Source: Podarcis erhardii (Eukaryota). From it: a stretch of DNA of 64,000 nucleotides. A model generated the notes under the pieces. That model was not told where the DNA came from. It did not search any database and saw nothing but the letters and a program-made list of their open reading frames with translations. Where the stretch lies: the NCBI GenBank assembly GCA_964252035.1, contig OZ176200.1. One strand, given 5' to 3'. Positions within the stretch are counted from its first letter, which is position 1, and every line of letters starts with the position of its first letter. Shown here in pieces: positions 24,958 through 39,091 of this stretch. A program made the position numbers and the translations under genes.

Positions 24958-25087
24958 CAGGAAAGGGGAACTTGCAGCCTTGCAGCTGTTGGACTCCCAA
25001 CATCAGCCACTACCAGCATGGCCTATAATTACAGGTGATGGAAACTGTAGCCCAGCAACATCTGGAGGCCCACAGGTTCCCCATCCT
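24958..25087. mobile_element. Palindromic squamate hAT-like MITE (same family as 8276-8430)
   Basis: ggggaac...gttggactccca...ccagcaacatctggaggcccacaggttccccatcc. Confidence 0.6.
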
Positions 25088-25142
25088 TTTCCTTATTAGA
25101 TCTTTAACCTGAAAACTCTGGAAAATCCTAATGCTTATGGTT

Positions 25143-25253
25143 GGTATTCAACTAAATTTTACTCAGAGGAGACCTATTGAAATTAATAGACCTAACTTAG
25201 CCATGTTCGTTAATTTCAGTGGGTTGGCTCTGAGTAAAACTTAGTTGAATACC
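25143..25253. repeat. Near-perfect 111-bp palindromic element
   Basis: ggtattcaactaaattttactcagag versus ctctgagtaaaacttagttgaatacc gives 25/26 inverted match, with further inner pairing. Confidence 0.8.
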
Positions 25254-25785
25254 CTCTGGTAATTTTCACGTGGAAACCGATAGGATTTGAATGTGTGTTT
25301 TCTGCAAAAAGCGTGTCTAGTGAATACACATTTGTGCAGGTTTTTTTTTTAGTGTGCTGAATCTAGCTTCCTTTGTGTGGCTACACTTATGTAAGGCTGT
25401 GCATTGCTGAATGTTCTTGTGGATGGAAATGCTTTGAGGTTGTTCTAACACTGATTTTTTTCCCAAAAAACAAAAAAACCCATTAAATTGAAAACTGTAA
25501 TTTTTCAGCTGCTGAATTCACTGCTCCAGTGACTTCGGTGAGCTCCTTTGGACCATGCATGACATCAGTCAGAAGGCCAGCAGTGGTCTTTTTCTTTGAA
25601 TCTGCTACCTCCTTTCCCAAGAGTATTTTTCAGCCCCGCCTACGCAGCTATTTCCTCAGTGATGTGAATTGATTAGTGCTTGTCGTTTGATGTTCAAAAT
25701 GGTGCTGGAGAGTTGGGTGTTAAGGTGGTGAAAAGCTCCCTCATTATTACTCTTATTTATCTGTGCTGACTGTGCTCTTGGCGTT

Positions 25786-25892
25786 TTTTTTCTGGTTTTG
25801 TCATGTGGCACTGGCATGCTTTTTTCTGGTTTTGTCATGTGGCACTGGCATGCTTTGAGGGCTTCTAAGCACTGGCATGCTTTGAGGGCTTC
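25786..25892. repeat. Two overlapping tandem duplications (34-bp period x2, then 27-bp period x2)
   Basis: ttttttctggttttgtcatgtggcactggcatgc x2, then gcactggcatgctttgagggcttc at 25842 and 25869. Confidence 0.9.
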
Positions 25893-28800
25893 CATTTCAG
25901 AAGAATCCCTCTTCTTAGGTTCTGCTTTCTTGGTGTAGTTCCTCGATCAATTGCAGCTAAGAAAGGGGGGGGGAGTCCAATAAATCCCTTTATGGGTTAT
26001 GTGCCCTGATTATATATTCATTTCAGTAATTCAAATCTCTGTTGACAACATGTTCAACCAGATAATCTTCATTTTAGGTTAACTATTTATTTGCTGGTAT
26101 TAAAAAGGATTCTGTTGCCAGTCATCTTGGCCACCCATTTGTTAAGTGGTGCTTCTAGTACAGTAATGTTTCAATTTCCAACAATGGCCATTGTGTGTGC
26201 GTGCAATTTTTGTTTGTGAGGCTTACAATCCTTGAATGGTGTGTATCAGTTAACACCTTTATGATGCTGTGTATCCTGTTGCTGTAGGAAACCTGGACAA
26301 TTATTGTACTGTTTTCTGAAACTGCTGCTTAAAAGTAAAATTAAAAAAGAGCAAACTTTTTCTCTTGGAGAGTTTTAAAAATAACTTTTTTTGTGAACTG
26401 TCATGTTAAATAAATATTCTAAACAGAACTTAATCCATTTCTCCAGTGCCGTGAGGGTTTTGTTTATGTGTTTAGCTTCTATTTCTGCACTTCACAACAT
26501 TGGCTGGATGTAGAGAGGTACTTGTCTCCGTTTTTCAATTTGAGAATCAAGAGTACACCTATCCTGGTCTACATACTAATTACTCATTGACCTTCAATTG
26601 GCTGTTTTAAATGGGCTTGTGAATTCTCCTGCACAAATCCAGATTGTGACACATCAATATCCTGGGGGGAAAATATTCTACAAGTTTCCTGGTTAACACT
26701 CATGACAGCATGGTAAAAATCTACCTGAAATTTCACCTCAAAGAAACACCGAAAAATCCAGCCCTCAAGAGCTAGCATAACATGTGCAGGTTTAATGTAA
26801 TAACATATGCACTAACCTCCCAGATAGAGAGCCCACATAGGTCCTAGAAACCTTTCAGCACCCTAGAGCCAAGCTGTTTTTGAACTCTGCTCAAAGCCAA
26901 GCTGGAGGGTACTTGAATATAATTTGATAAAGCTCCAGCTTGCTTACCAAGTTTAAAGTCAGGACGCCCCCCCCCCACAAACAAACAAATTAGAAGACCA
27001 GGCAGATATTGTAGATGTTTTCCATCTGGGATAACTTCCCTTTAATGTATTGAGTTGGACTAGAAGATCAAGGTTCCTTTTGTGAAATTTAACTGGCTCC
27101 TTAGTTTCTCCACAGATGGTCTTAATGTTGAAATGTTGAATCTTGCTATATCAAGAAGGCTGGTGCCATGCATCACTAATGCAGTACCATTTAAAGGCCA
27201 TTCTGCTTCCATGGAAACACAACTACGCAAGATGAATGTGCGTGTGCACATCCCTACAGACTCCGGGCTCATTGTGTGATGCCAAGATAGTGACACAGAC
27301 ACAAGTTAGCCATTTATCACTTTCAGAGCCTCACACCTTCCCTGTGGGATTTATGCTGGAAAACAGAGCAGCCAATCTACTGCTTAGCACTATGTCTTAA
27401 ATTCTCCTGAATTGTCTGAACTGGGAATTTTATGTGTTTCATTTGAGTGACAGCTGAATAAAACAACTGGGTAACCTGGACATGTCCTGCATTTCCCCTT
27501 TTCCTAAATTCTTTCTTAAACACTGGGTGGTCTTTTTCCGAAAGCAATAGTCACATGGTTCATTTTGGAGCTTGCTTCTCTCCATCTCCCCACCCTCAAC
27601 AGAACAGGCGACTGCCATCTGCTGGCCACTTGTAATTTTTTTCCTGGTTGGCATAGTTATCTCTGCCCACCTTATGACATTAAAAAAAAGTGGGTGTGGA
27701 TTGTGATTTCACTGTGATAGCTGCTGTATCCAAATACTAGAACCAGCAGGATGCAATTATGTTTCCCCACCATAAAGTGCAGAAGGAAGAGGAGGCATAT
27801 CCCAGACCCAAGGATCCTCTATGAACCTTTGCTGTGATGATGGTGCAATAGATGTAATACATTGAGGGCCTTCACTTGGAGAGATTCCAAATCACTTAGT
27901 TCAGTTACCCACCACTTTCATTCAGTTTACATTGTGCCTTCAGTGCAGAGTCCTAATGCAATTTACTGCATAAATAAGGGGGGACACGTACATTAAGATT
28001 AAAACAAGAGCAACTGAAAAGCAATTCCACCAGAGATTTAAAATCTGGAAAGCCAAAAAAGTCTTTTTACTTGGTCTCAAAAAGACTGCAGTGCAAGAAA
28101 CAGGCAAGCCTTCCTACAGAGAATGCTTCACAAATGGGTGCCACGACTATGATGCCTGTCTGCATGTGTCCCAGCTGCCTTGATGCAGATAGCAGGAACA
28201 CCTGTAGGAAAGCTTCGTGGACTATTTAAGTGTATGGGGAGGCTCATACTGAAGTACACCTGGACAGGTACCCATGCCATTTAGGGCTTTTGAAGGTAAG
28301 CACTCACAGGTCAAACCGTGCAAGGAAATGGAGCAGAAGCCAGTGGAAAATTTTGAGCACTGGCAAAATACACTCCCACCAACGGAGCCCAGCTAGTATC
28401 CTAGAGACCATGTTTAGGGCCAATTAATTTACTGTAGTCCATTCTGGAAGTTACTGAAGCATGGAAAACACTTTCTAAACAACTTGTGTTGAACCCCTGG
28501 CGCAAGAGATTTTATGAAAGGTACAGTGAAAATGAACCATGAATTTCAAATGCTGGACTACAAAAGGTAAAAAGAAGGAAACAATGCAACAGAATGGATG
28601 CTGGCATTTATTTATTTTGCAGTGGGGAGTTTAGTTGGCAAAACTCAAGAAATAACAGTAAGTTTGAAAGCATTCCAATACATTTTTCCACTATCCCATA
28701 CTCCCTTTGGGAACGCCAGAATGGCTTACATGGGAGCTTACTGATGAGTCGAAATACCTTTTTAAAAAATCCCACCAAACTTAAGATATTATTGCGAATG

Positions 28801-29859
28801 TCTTAGGTGTTTTAATTTTGAATTGCAACCTGCCCTGGGACTGGGCTGGGGAAAGGCAGGTAATAAAATTTAATAATATAAAATAATGGTTGGCTACACA
28901 GCGGTCTGGCTGCAATACACAGGAACAATTATACTTAAAGCACCTCCATTGGAGGTCAATTGATTGAGCATTAAGATGCAGCATTTCTTTCAAAAACACT
29001 GTTCTTGTTTATTTAAATGAGGTAAAATTAGAGACTCGAGAACCTTTTGCAACAGATTTGTATCTGACTTTTTAAATGCATTTTCAAAATGTAGTTTCAG
29101 CTAGGTACGGGAAATCAGACATATGGAAATCAGAGGCCAGATGATGCTCTGCAATCTGATTATTCTCTTATGAAGAAGCTCTATGAGTGGCTATCTCAAG
29201 ACTGAGGAAGGCACAAGACCTCTCCTCCAGGATTATTTTTCTGTCTAAATGGCTACTAGTCATGATGACTATGCTCTGCCTCCACAGTTGGAGGTCACAA
29301 TGCTTCTGGATACCAGCTGCTGGAAAATCACAGGAGAAGAGGGTGTTCTTGTACATGAATTCTGCTTGCAGGTTTCCCAGAGGTACCTGTGAGAGCTGAA
29401 TGCTGGAATAGAAAGGTGACTGCCCTGATCCGGCAGACTTTTTTTATGTTCTTAAGAATATTTTTTCTAGGAAGCAGGAGTAGATCCATCTCCTGCAATA
29501 GTAACAGAACTGAGGACCGAAGCTTTACTGACTCAGCCAGGTCCAGTTGCCCTGTGTCTATACCGTAGATATGGCGGAGGTGGGTGGGTGGGAGAATGTT
29601 TTCAAAGCAAAAGCATCTGGTTTCACAGACAACAGCAAAGACAGAAAGATCAATTAGCTTAAATCCCAATTTATCTCAGTGGGAGCTTTGTTTGGTAGGG
29701 AGAGTGGAGCCTCATGTTGATTCCACCACCCTCAAAATGAGAGGCCTAACCCTAACAAACCTTTTACCAGGCAAACTTCTAGCACCATTCGGAACGGCCA
29801 AGTAGACAGATGCAAAGGACGACTGGGAGGGAAAGCGGAATTCCAAGAGGTGCCGCTTT

Positions 29860-30800
29860 TGTCAGCCCTGGGGCGTGAAAAACTGCACCCCTCAAGTCTC
29901 TACTACGCGTCTGCAAAGTCAGGCTTACAGTAGAGAAGCGCCGGGGAAGCATAGGCGATAGTCGGGAACCGGCTTTCAGCGAACTTCGCCCCGCGCCAAC
30001 CCTGCTTTCTCCTTTTCTCCTTCCCCTTGTAAACAAACTCACGCACACGGGCAAGCGCAAGCCGGGGTCCCAGTGCGCACGTGCCTTCTCGGGGCAACGA
30101 CGGAGCGTGTTTTGGCGGCGCCTTGCTCTCTTTTTACGGGATAAGACACTCAGTTTGCCCCCACGAGGGCGGGATCGGAAGCCTCTTCGCTTCCCAGCCC
30201 GCGCGAAGTTCCTGTCTAGCCCATCTCAGAATCCATGCGCCTTCTATCACTGCCTTCCTTTCCCTACTAGGCCGGTGCTGGGGAGGGTCATCCGAGAGCC
30301 CCTAGGCGCGGAGAAACAAATCGCTCGGGGCCGCGATCTTAATCATCGCTCCAACCTCCAAGCTATTTTGTGCCCGTCGAAGAGGAGTCCACCGTGGCAC
30401 GAAAGTTCGCAAAACAGTGCGCGCGGTCATTTTTCGCATCCTCTCGAATACACACATTAACAGATCTCGTGGCTGCGTTTCAGAGGATAACACAGTGCCT
30501 GCTGGCGCTACTCCATACTGGGCGACGCTCCCCTCCGACGCAAAGAGGAGCCCAGTCGCCGGGGGCTCCTGAGCAGCAGCCTCCCACCCACACGGCGCCA
30601 GGCCTCCCTCCTACCACGTTCCCAGCTGCAAACTCGACTCCCTGCAGCCATACACCCTGAAAAGAGCGTCAGGACCTATCGCGGCTCACCTCTTCCTCCC
30701 ACTCCGCCATCGGCCCCTCCCTTGGTCCCGCCCACCCGGGGGTCCCCGCCCACTTTCCCCGCCTCTCTCCTCCTCAGCTTCATGCGGGTCTGCAGTGAGG
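29860..30800. promoter_or_regulatory. CpG island / candidate promoter with no adjacent coding exon
   Basis: Visibly high GC and CpG density, E-box CACGTG at 30078-30083, GC boxes (cccgccc) near 30728 and 30747. A downstream donor-like AAG|GTATGG lies after 30933. Confidence 0.7.
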
Positions 30801-33800
30801 CATTGTGGGAAACTCCCAGGGTATTTTCCTCCCCCTCCTTTCCCCCTGCTCTTCATCCGTTCCTCCTCTCTGCGGAACAGCCAGCTTCCAAGGTGTGACA
30901 TCAGCAAACAGAAGCCCTAAGGTGGAAGTAAAGGTATGGGTCGTTTGTTTTACCCTCGGTCTTCTGGAACATTATAGAAGACACCCCCCCCCAGTAAGGG
31001 AAATCGGTAGGCAGGCAAAGAGGGATGTGCACGGAGGAGGGAGGGGGGATGGTGGAGGAGAATGTTTTTGCATGCAGGTGAATAGAGGTAGAGCTGCTTG
31101 TTTAAAGCTGCCTGGGCATCTCTGAGAGCGGGAGAGGTCACTGGGTTGCTATGATAAAAGCATTTCAGTTGGCAACCCTGGCTTTCCTTGGTGCATTTGT
31201 CCTGATTCTGGCAACTGATGCCACCTGAGCAAAGTAGGGACGGGGCGGGGGCAGGGGAAAAACACCTGTGAAATGCGTTTTGAGTGCTACACCCAGGGCT
31301 CCTGTGCCACGTTTTCTTCCTTGAAGGTCAGATGGTGGGTGTGAGCAGAAGCGGAATACCTACGTCCTACCTAACCTGGGGGTTATATAGCACGGCAGAA
31401 TGTCATCTGCGTTTTGATTTGGTCATTGTGCAGCCAGTGCTGCCCAAGCATAACGATTGCAGTGGCTGCCCAGGAGAATTTCTGGCAAGACTTTTTCCGG
31501 AGAAGATTTAACATCCGTCTCTGAGAAATAGATGAGAATTAGAGCATGCTGGCACAATCTAGCAACGCAGCTATTTTTTATAATTTAAATTTAGAAAGGC
31601 GGGCTGATGCTATTGGGAAATCAGGTGTGTTTATTTAAGGCATATTTTATAAACTAAAAATAGATAGAATTGGGAGAGAAATAGGCACCCCTCTTTGTTT
31701 TAATCTTGTAACATTAATGGCACACTTTTCCAGCTTGAATAATCTTTTATGCTGTATTTTGCATTGGGTGTTTCATTCTCTTTCCTTATTTAGCCATCAG
31801 TCCTGCATGTAAGATGCCAAACCAAACATTGGCTTGCTTGATCAAACCTTTTGAAATTTTATGCTTAGGGTTGTATGCCCCCCCCTCCACTTTATGCTAG
31901 AAAAGTGTGTATCTGCGCCTGTAAAATTCTATTAAAACAAAAGGGGTAGTTCAATGATGCATACTGCATCCTAGCTTTCTTCTGATATTTTACATCTATC
32001 TAAAACTAGTGGTAAAGTGGTAGTTACTCTTAGCTCTAAAATAGGCCCTTGTGCATTGTTCCTGGGGGAAGGGGGAGGAGGAAACACTCAACCTAGTGGG
32101 TATTGGAATTCATGCTGAGCTATGGGACATCTGTATGACGCTGGAAGCTCTAATATTTAGTGTATTTCTGCCTTTGTACTGCCATGTATTCTTCACCTTG
32201 TGCCTGGAAAATACCTGTTGGTGTGGCCTTTTCCTTTAAAAAAGAGTGCCAGGTTTATCCAAGCATTCAGAAGTTGAGGCTTTAAAGCTCTCAAACGAGG
32301 GCTGCCCCTCTCCCCAATGCTGAGCAGCCTGCAATTGCTAGAAGGTATTAGTGTACTTCACTAACTGAAAACTGGAGATTTCTGGAAATCTTCACCCTTC
32401 AGCTATAGCAAGTCCCAGTAAAATCAGAGTGGACATGTGTACAACTGCACTGCTGGGGCAGGATTGCTTGAGGTTGTTTATTATGTCTAGAACACCCCTG
32501 TTCCATAGCACTCTATGGAATACCTTCACCAGAGATCCAAAATACAAATTGGGTAACAATTCAGAGCAAGCTATGTGCCCTCAAGTTCCATTTAATTCAG
32601 CACACCCTTCCTCCTGCAGGTTTTCTATTTGTTCTTTAATGGGGATTCAGTACTTTAATGGGGATTCTGCCTAACTTGCACAGGAATTTGCTCTTATTTT
32701 TTTATTGAACAGCCTTTGGGGGCATGTTTTGGTATATCATAGCTGTTCAGTATTTCCCAAGCTTGGGTTACATGATCATCTCCTTTACATAGGTGCCATA
32801 AGAAGGGGAACATTCACTCTCTCTTTGCCATTGTGGGTGATGCTGGTGGAGCAATTAAGGGAAACTAGGATGGCCAGAAATCAACCGGCTTCTTTGCAGG
32901 CTTTCCTTATTATTAGACATGCAGAACATCTGATCTCTTGGGCCTGCATTTTCACGCTTTCACCAATGAGTTCTGGATGAAAGCTACTTTGAAAGCTACT
33001 TCTACCGCTATCTTCTAAAGGTGTGGCAACAATAAAACTCAAGACACTCATAGAGTCCTGGCATTCTTGGTCTCCTTCACCATCACTTGCTCCTCTGGCA
33101 TTTTTCCACTGCTGCCTTTTGGCAAGCTTCAGGCCTCCATTTCCTTGTGGTCAGGCCTTTGCTCGCTGCAGCAGAAGGGAGGAAGAATTTACTGGCTCCC
33201 TTTCCCTCCTCAATAACATTGCAATAAATAATCCCTCATGGAGAGTGTGTGTGGATGATGAGTCAATGATGCTTATATGTTTTCCACTAGATAATGTCCT
33301 TCTCAGCATTACTGGGGAATAAGTAAGAGGGGAAGCACTGTTTTTGTTGGTTAGTGAGGTAGAGTCTGAGTAGGCCTGAGCTTTCCATGGCCACCCCAGG
33401 GAGCTTGTGCTCTTCTTTGCTAAAGGTCGTTGCCTCAAGCTGGGTCAGGATCTCTGTCTGCAACGGCTTCTTGAATTTCAAGTGCGACACGGCAGCTTTG
33501 AGCCAGCGCCTGCAACGTTCCGGGGCCTTGCGAGATTTCCAACCCAGTCATTTGTCTGCCATAGCAGAGCAAACAGGGGAATTGTTGGGTGACACATCCG
33601 GGGCATAGCTTTGAATTGAGTTACAGGGAAACAGAAGTTACTAGTTATCAGGAACGCTGATAAGATAAATAGAGCCATCATTCTCAATGGAGCCATTGTT
33701 CATCATTGTTTTGTGGCACTGGAGCTTTTTGTTCTTCTTCTTATGGTTTTATCTATCTCTGGATTCAACAAGCAGAGAGAAGGAAAAGTCCATGGGCCCA

Positions 33801-34702
33801 CCATGGCTTGGATACAGAAAGAAAGAAAAGCAGGTGGCAGGGGGACGGTGTTATGACTCAGTCAGACTGAACTCATGTTTGATGAACCAACTTCTATGCC
33901 AACTTTATACCTCTGCAAGCTTAACAGCCTGTCCAGGGCAACAACTCTGTGTGGCAATTAAGTATCCCTAACTCCATTCAGAGATGGAAAAGATGACATG
34001 CCTATATTGGAGGACTGAGGGTTGGTTTACATGTTTGTTTATCCTGAGCTAGGAACAGATCTGACACGATAATGCACACACTTCAGGCCACTCATCAAAC
34101 CCTGCAGGGTTGACTGCAGGCCTGAGGACACCCTGACCCTGAGCTTGAGCCGCTAAGCAGGCTCCATGCTATGCTGATGGCCTCTTCAGGTGGGGAGCAA
34201 CAGCGACAGCACACTTGTGAGCTTTGGGTAGATTTGAAACCATTATGATTTTGCAGTGTCCCCACATAGCATTGCTCTAGGAAACAAAAATGAGGGTTTT
34301 TAGACCCCCAATGGGAGCCACTGTGGATTTCATTGAAAGGAGCCTGCACAATGGGTCTTGCCAGGGTCCCGAGGCTTTGGCAGTTGCCCAGTGTTTCTAT
34401 GTGCTAATGATGGGACTTCCTCCCAGCTGCCAGTTACTCCAGTAACGAGGTGCCCCATTTTGTTCTTCACAGCTCTGCTGTCTTAATTTGTTAACTCTCA
34501 GTGAAGATTCTGGGATATCCTACCTGCTTTGAAGGAGCAACTCCTCTTCCAAAAGCATGTGTGTGTTGTATCTCTATGTGTGGTGGGTATGCACATAAGG
34601 GAGTGTGCAGTGGACACACCACTACTCTTGGAGGGTTGCCCAAATCTTTTGTGTGGTCCTTAGGCTGAAAAAGGTTAGCCACACGTGCTATAGGCTCTAG
34701 TG

Positions 34703-34838
34703 CAGGGTTTCCCAAAATTGGGGCTCCAGCTATTTTTGGACTACTGTTCCCCTCATCCCTGACTACTAGTCCTGCTAGCTAGGAACGATGGGATTTGTAG
34801 TCCAACAACAGCTGGAGACCCAAGTTTGGGAAACCCTT
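34703..34838. mobile_element. Palindromic squamate hAT-like MITE
   Basis: TIRs cagggtttcccaaaattggg / cccaagtttgggaaaccct, with inner ggactac...gtagtcc pairing. Confidence 0.7.
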
Positions 34839-37800
34839 TTGTAGTGGGACGGCTGCAACCAAAGATTTGGAAACTCACTAAATAATGTATGATCCACCCC
34901 AATCCCATCCAGTGTGTGTGGGGGGGGGGAATGCCTGTTTATACAATTGGTAAAATCAAGTGACAAGATACAAGCTTGAGGGAGGGGAGGTGCATGCTTG
35001 AATCTGACACATACAGTCCTTGGCACTTAGTAAACCAGTATGTCAGGCCGAGTTCTAGGGCAGAGCCCATCTCCCTGACAACCCTTTTTAGGGTCAGGAA
35101 ATATTTCACAGGTGACTATTCAAAGATGAAACCACCTACTTGTAGCCTGAAGTTAAGCTTTTTCTCTTTGGGGACAGACTCAATCACTTGATGCTGCTGA
35201 CTGTACAAACTTGCCCTGACTAACCGACTATTTGCTCTGCTAAGGGGTAGAAGTACTGTGGCAGCCATTTTGTCATGACTATGGAACTGGGCTGTACGGG
35301 ATTCTGGGGTTTTCCTTCTGCACCTTGAGAAAGTGTGGCCAATGTTCCAGCGCAGTGTCATGATCAGCATGAAAAGGGAAAGTGAACTCTGAGGGGACAG
35401 GCCTGTCTCTTTCCTGCTCTCTGATATCGCAGTTTGTTAAAGCAATTGCCAGCATTAGACTCTGTGGGCTGTGTCAGAATTCAAAAGGAAAAGACTGGTG
35501 GGCTTAGAGTGTGTGTCATAAATATATATTTAAAAAAATGGGTCAGCATTGCTTCCTGGGCCTCCTGAGTGCCAGTCAGCTGACTAAGCGATGATGGTTT
35601 TGCAAAAACATTTCATGGTGTGCTGCAAAACCGCCACGTGGTCCCAAAGGCTGCTTTGTGTGTCACAAAATCCCTATACAGGAAGTATCTCCGGCCTGGT
35701 GACAGATGTGCAGCCTCCGCAGAGATCACATGTGACAACTTGCATACGCAGGCTTCCTTGATGCTGATGGGAATCTGTGGGAAACAAAGAGTACACATGT
35801 GCTTTTCCACACAAGGCATTATTCTGCAGGTGGATCCAGTCAGAAGAGTCACTTGCCCATATCAGCTGGTGTCTCGACAGAGCCCTGAGATATGGTAACT
35901 TGGCTAAAGTGATAATTAAGACAGGTTTTGAAAATGACTTTTCCAGGTTCAACTTCAGCTGCTGTAAAGTCTACAAAAGGGCATCGCTTCCAGGGTCAGA
36001 ACATGGATACCCCTAGTTTTATAAACCAAGGTCTTGTTCACAAATACAATTGCTTAGTCCTTCAAACGTCTCTGAGCATAGAATTGCTTGTCAAAATGGG
36101 CAGTGCTTGGTAGGTGGGAAGAAAGTTGGTGGCTGTTCATTTTTGCTTTGCTCCTTGGTGGTGTTTTCCTTTCTGACACAGGAAGTGATCTGAGGCATCA
36201 CTCTGTTGAGACACTGAAGAAGAACAGCTGCTTAAGAAGGCACAGGTCAGAGAGTTTTGATGGGAGAAGAATTCGAATGGAGGAAAGGAAGAATTAGAAT
36301 GGAGGAATAACAGTAACAAAAAACAAACAAAACCAGAAGTCATGAGCATAGTGGATTGAAACTTCAGTGCCCGGAGCCCCGCAGGAGATGAATAGCCTGA
36401 CTGTCCCTGTTTACTTCAGAGTGATGTGTCCACAGTTCAAAGGGTGAGGGGTGGGGAAGCTTCACTAGGCCGCTGTTGGTTTGGTGGTGGGTTCCCTAAC
36501 CCGGTGCTTTCTAGACATTGTTGGACTACAACTCCCATCATGACTGCACATTCAGCATGGTGGCAAGGAGTTGGAAGTCTAATATGTGGAGTTGACCAGG
36601 CTGGTGAAGGCAGTTGTCTGTTTTGCAGCCGATACATTTGTAGATGCTGTCTGGATATGCGGGGCCATCACTGACCAAGTGCTTGACCATACATTGCTTG
36701 TTGAATCTTTCTGTGCTGTCATCATTTGGGGCTGGTTTTGGAGATTGCTCTTAATTTGTTTAGTGGTGGGGAGGGAAGGAAGAGTCCTACTCCTTCTACT
36801 GCGGTTGATGACTGCACTTAACTTTCTGTCAAAGCCAACATGACATTCACCTTGTCTTTAGCTATGTCAGATTTTTAAAAAAATAACACCAGGTAACAGG
36901 AACACAATCTTCACCAGGACCACAGTGCTTGGGGTGGGAGGAGTTCAACCCTTTCCTTCCCCTGCTAAGGCTACAGCTGTTTTGGTTTTAATTCCTGACT
37001 TGGTTGCTGAAGACACAGATCTAGTGGGCTGGAAAATGTGTTTGTAAAGCAACCCCTGGCCCTCTTTTACACCCGGAGATAGATGCTGTGTGGTTTCTCT
37101 TTAGAGTAGCAGCTCCATGAACTGCTTAGTAGCTGACAAAGGGAAACAGGGTGCCTGTACCCTTTGAATAGTTGTGTTAGAACTGGGAGTTTTTGCAGTT
37201 GCAGTTCAGCTTTGCTCAGCTGGACGTGACAAAGTCATCTACTCAAATCTCCCCCTGCTCTTTCTTCTTCCACTACTATTTATGTATGCAGGAGCCCTAC
37301 CCTCCACTTCAACTAGTTAGCTAGCAATATTATTAAGGCAGGAATTTTCCCTAAACATTTCAGCAAACTGCCCATTGTCTTCTCTTAGCGTGTATTGGAG
37401 CCACCCTAATTAGTGTGCACACAACTTTCTACTCTTGAGGTGGCACTTTTGTACATTGATTCCAAAGTACTTCCAGGTGCTTCTACCTGTTGCTACAGTG
37501 AGGAACAGTTGCTGGCAACCAGGAAGCACAACAGGAAATGCTAATTTAGAGACCCTGTATTGCAGGGTTATAGATCTATAGGAGCGGTTTTTTGGTTGGA
37601 CAATACTTCTGTTATCTGGGCCAATCCTGCTAACCCATGTAATGCTAGTACTAATCTGAGTGGGCCTCTATAAGGACATAATAGCCCTGCTTGATCAGAC
37701 CAAAGGCCTTTTTAATCCAGCATTCTGTGATGCTGAGACGAAAATTTTTCGTTGCGAAATGGTTGTTGCAATGGGCTGCAATATTCTAACTTGAACCTCT

Positions 37801-39023
37801 TCCAGAATATTGATTTTCCCCTCTGACCAAGAGTCCTGAGGTTCTTGTGCTGTGCCTGCCTCTGTTTCTAGTCTGACATCTTTCAAGAAGGGGATAATGG
37901 GCCCTGGAAAATGACTGTTGAAGGGGAAGAGAACGGGCTTTTTGTAATTATGGCTCTTTACAGAAAAACTAGTGTGACTCATCTATTTGGTGTAGGGTGG
38001 ATATCTTTCAGCAGCACAGACGGGAAAATAAAAGGGACAGATTAAATTTCTAGGCTTCTGGAGAAAGGAAGAGATGGCAAATGCTGGAAGGGGAGCAGAA
38101 ATCCAGCAATTGCAGTGGTCAAGTTTATTAGAACCAATAGGACCCCAACAAAATATGGAAGTACACCCCCCAAAAAATCCCTTTTCTCCATGACTCCAGC
38201 CTTTAGCTAGAAGGCATTTAAGCTAGCCAATTGTTTATTTCCCTCATTGGCAATCAATATTCCGTGGTTCCTGGAAGCCATTAAGCATGCTCAATACTCA
38301 ATTGGTCTGGGTTGTGGGAGTTTTGAGAGAATGGAGTCCCCTTTGAAACAGCCCCAGGACTCAGCTACTATTAGTAAACAACAACAACAACAGCTTTGTA
38401 AATGCGTTATAAACATGCGACACCAGATGGCACTATAGAGCACAAAACTTCTTAATATTCCCCCACATTCTAGCCTTTTGGGGCCTTTTGAAATTGAGTG
38501 ATTTGAGCTCACTGTTAAAAGGAACAAGTGTGGCCTGCAGCAAAATGTTGCAGTGTGTTCTGATACCCTAAGAGATGTGTGCTTGTTGGTGGCTCCAGAG
38601 CCTTGCTGGTGCTGCTCAGTGTGAAGGTGGAGTTTCAGGAGTGGGATGAAAGAAAGGGGGGGATTCTGTCCCCCCTCACCCTCTTGACTGTAAAAAGCAA
38701 ACAAAAAACAACCTACTATGCAATTCTATAAATTTCAAATCAAAAGTAAATTCCATTTTGATTTCAATAGAGCATCCTCCCAAGTAAGTGGATATCAGAT
38801 TATTCCCTGCCTCTTGAGTCACCACTGCAATAGCAAGATACCTTTCAGGAGCTAACTCTTTACTGAAACAATATATATATATATAGTGAGGGCAGAGCAA
38901 TCCTAATCATATCTACTCATAACTACATAAATTGTATTTAATTCGCCAGGGTTTACTCCCAGCTAAAGGAGGTTAAGATTACATCCTAACTTTCCATTTC
39001 CCTGCTGGAAAAGCCAAGTGCTT

Positions 39024-39083
<60 letters not shown>

Positions 39084-39091
39084 AGAGAGAG
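39024..39091. repeat. Compound (TC)n(AC)n(GA)n microsatellite
   Basis: Direct reading. Confidence 0.95.

Noticed and set aside
25786-25892. Short direct repeats as a possible CRISPR array
   Set aside because: Eukaryotic context, head-to-tail duplications and no unique spacers.
29779-31141. Cluster of 60-117 aa ORFs in the first CpG island
   Set aside because: Expected from low stop-codon frequency in GC-rich DNA. No homology or splice pattern.
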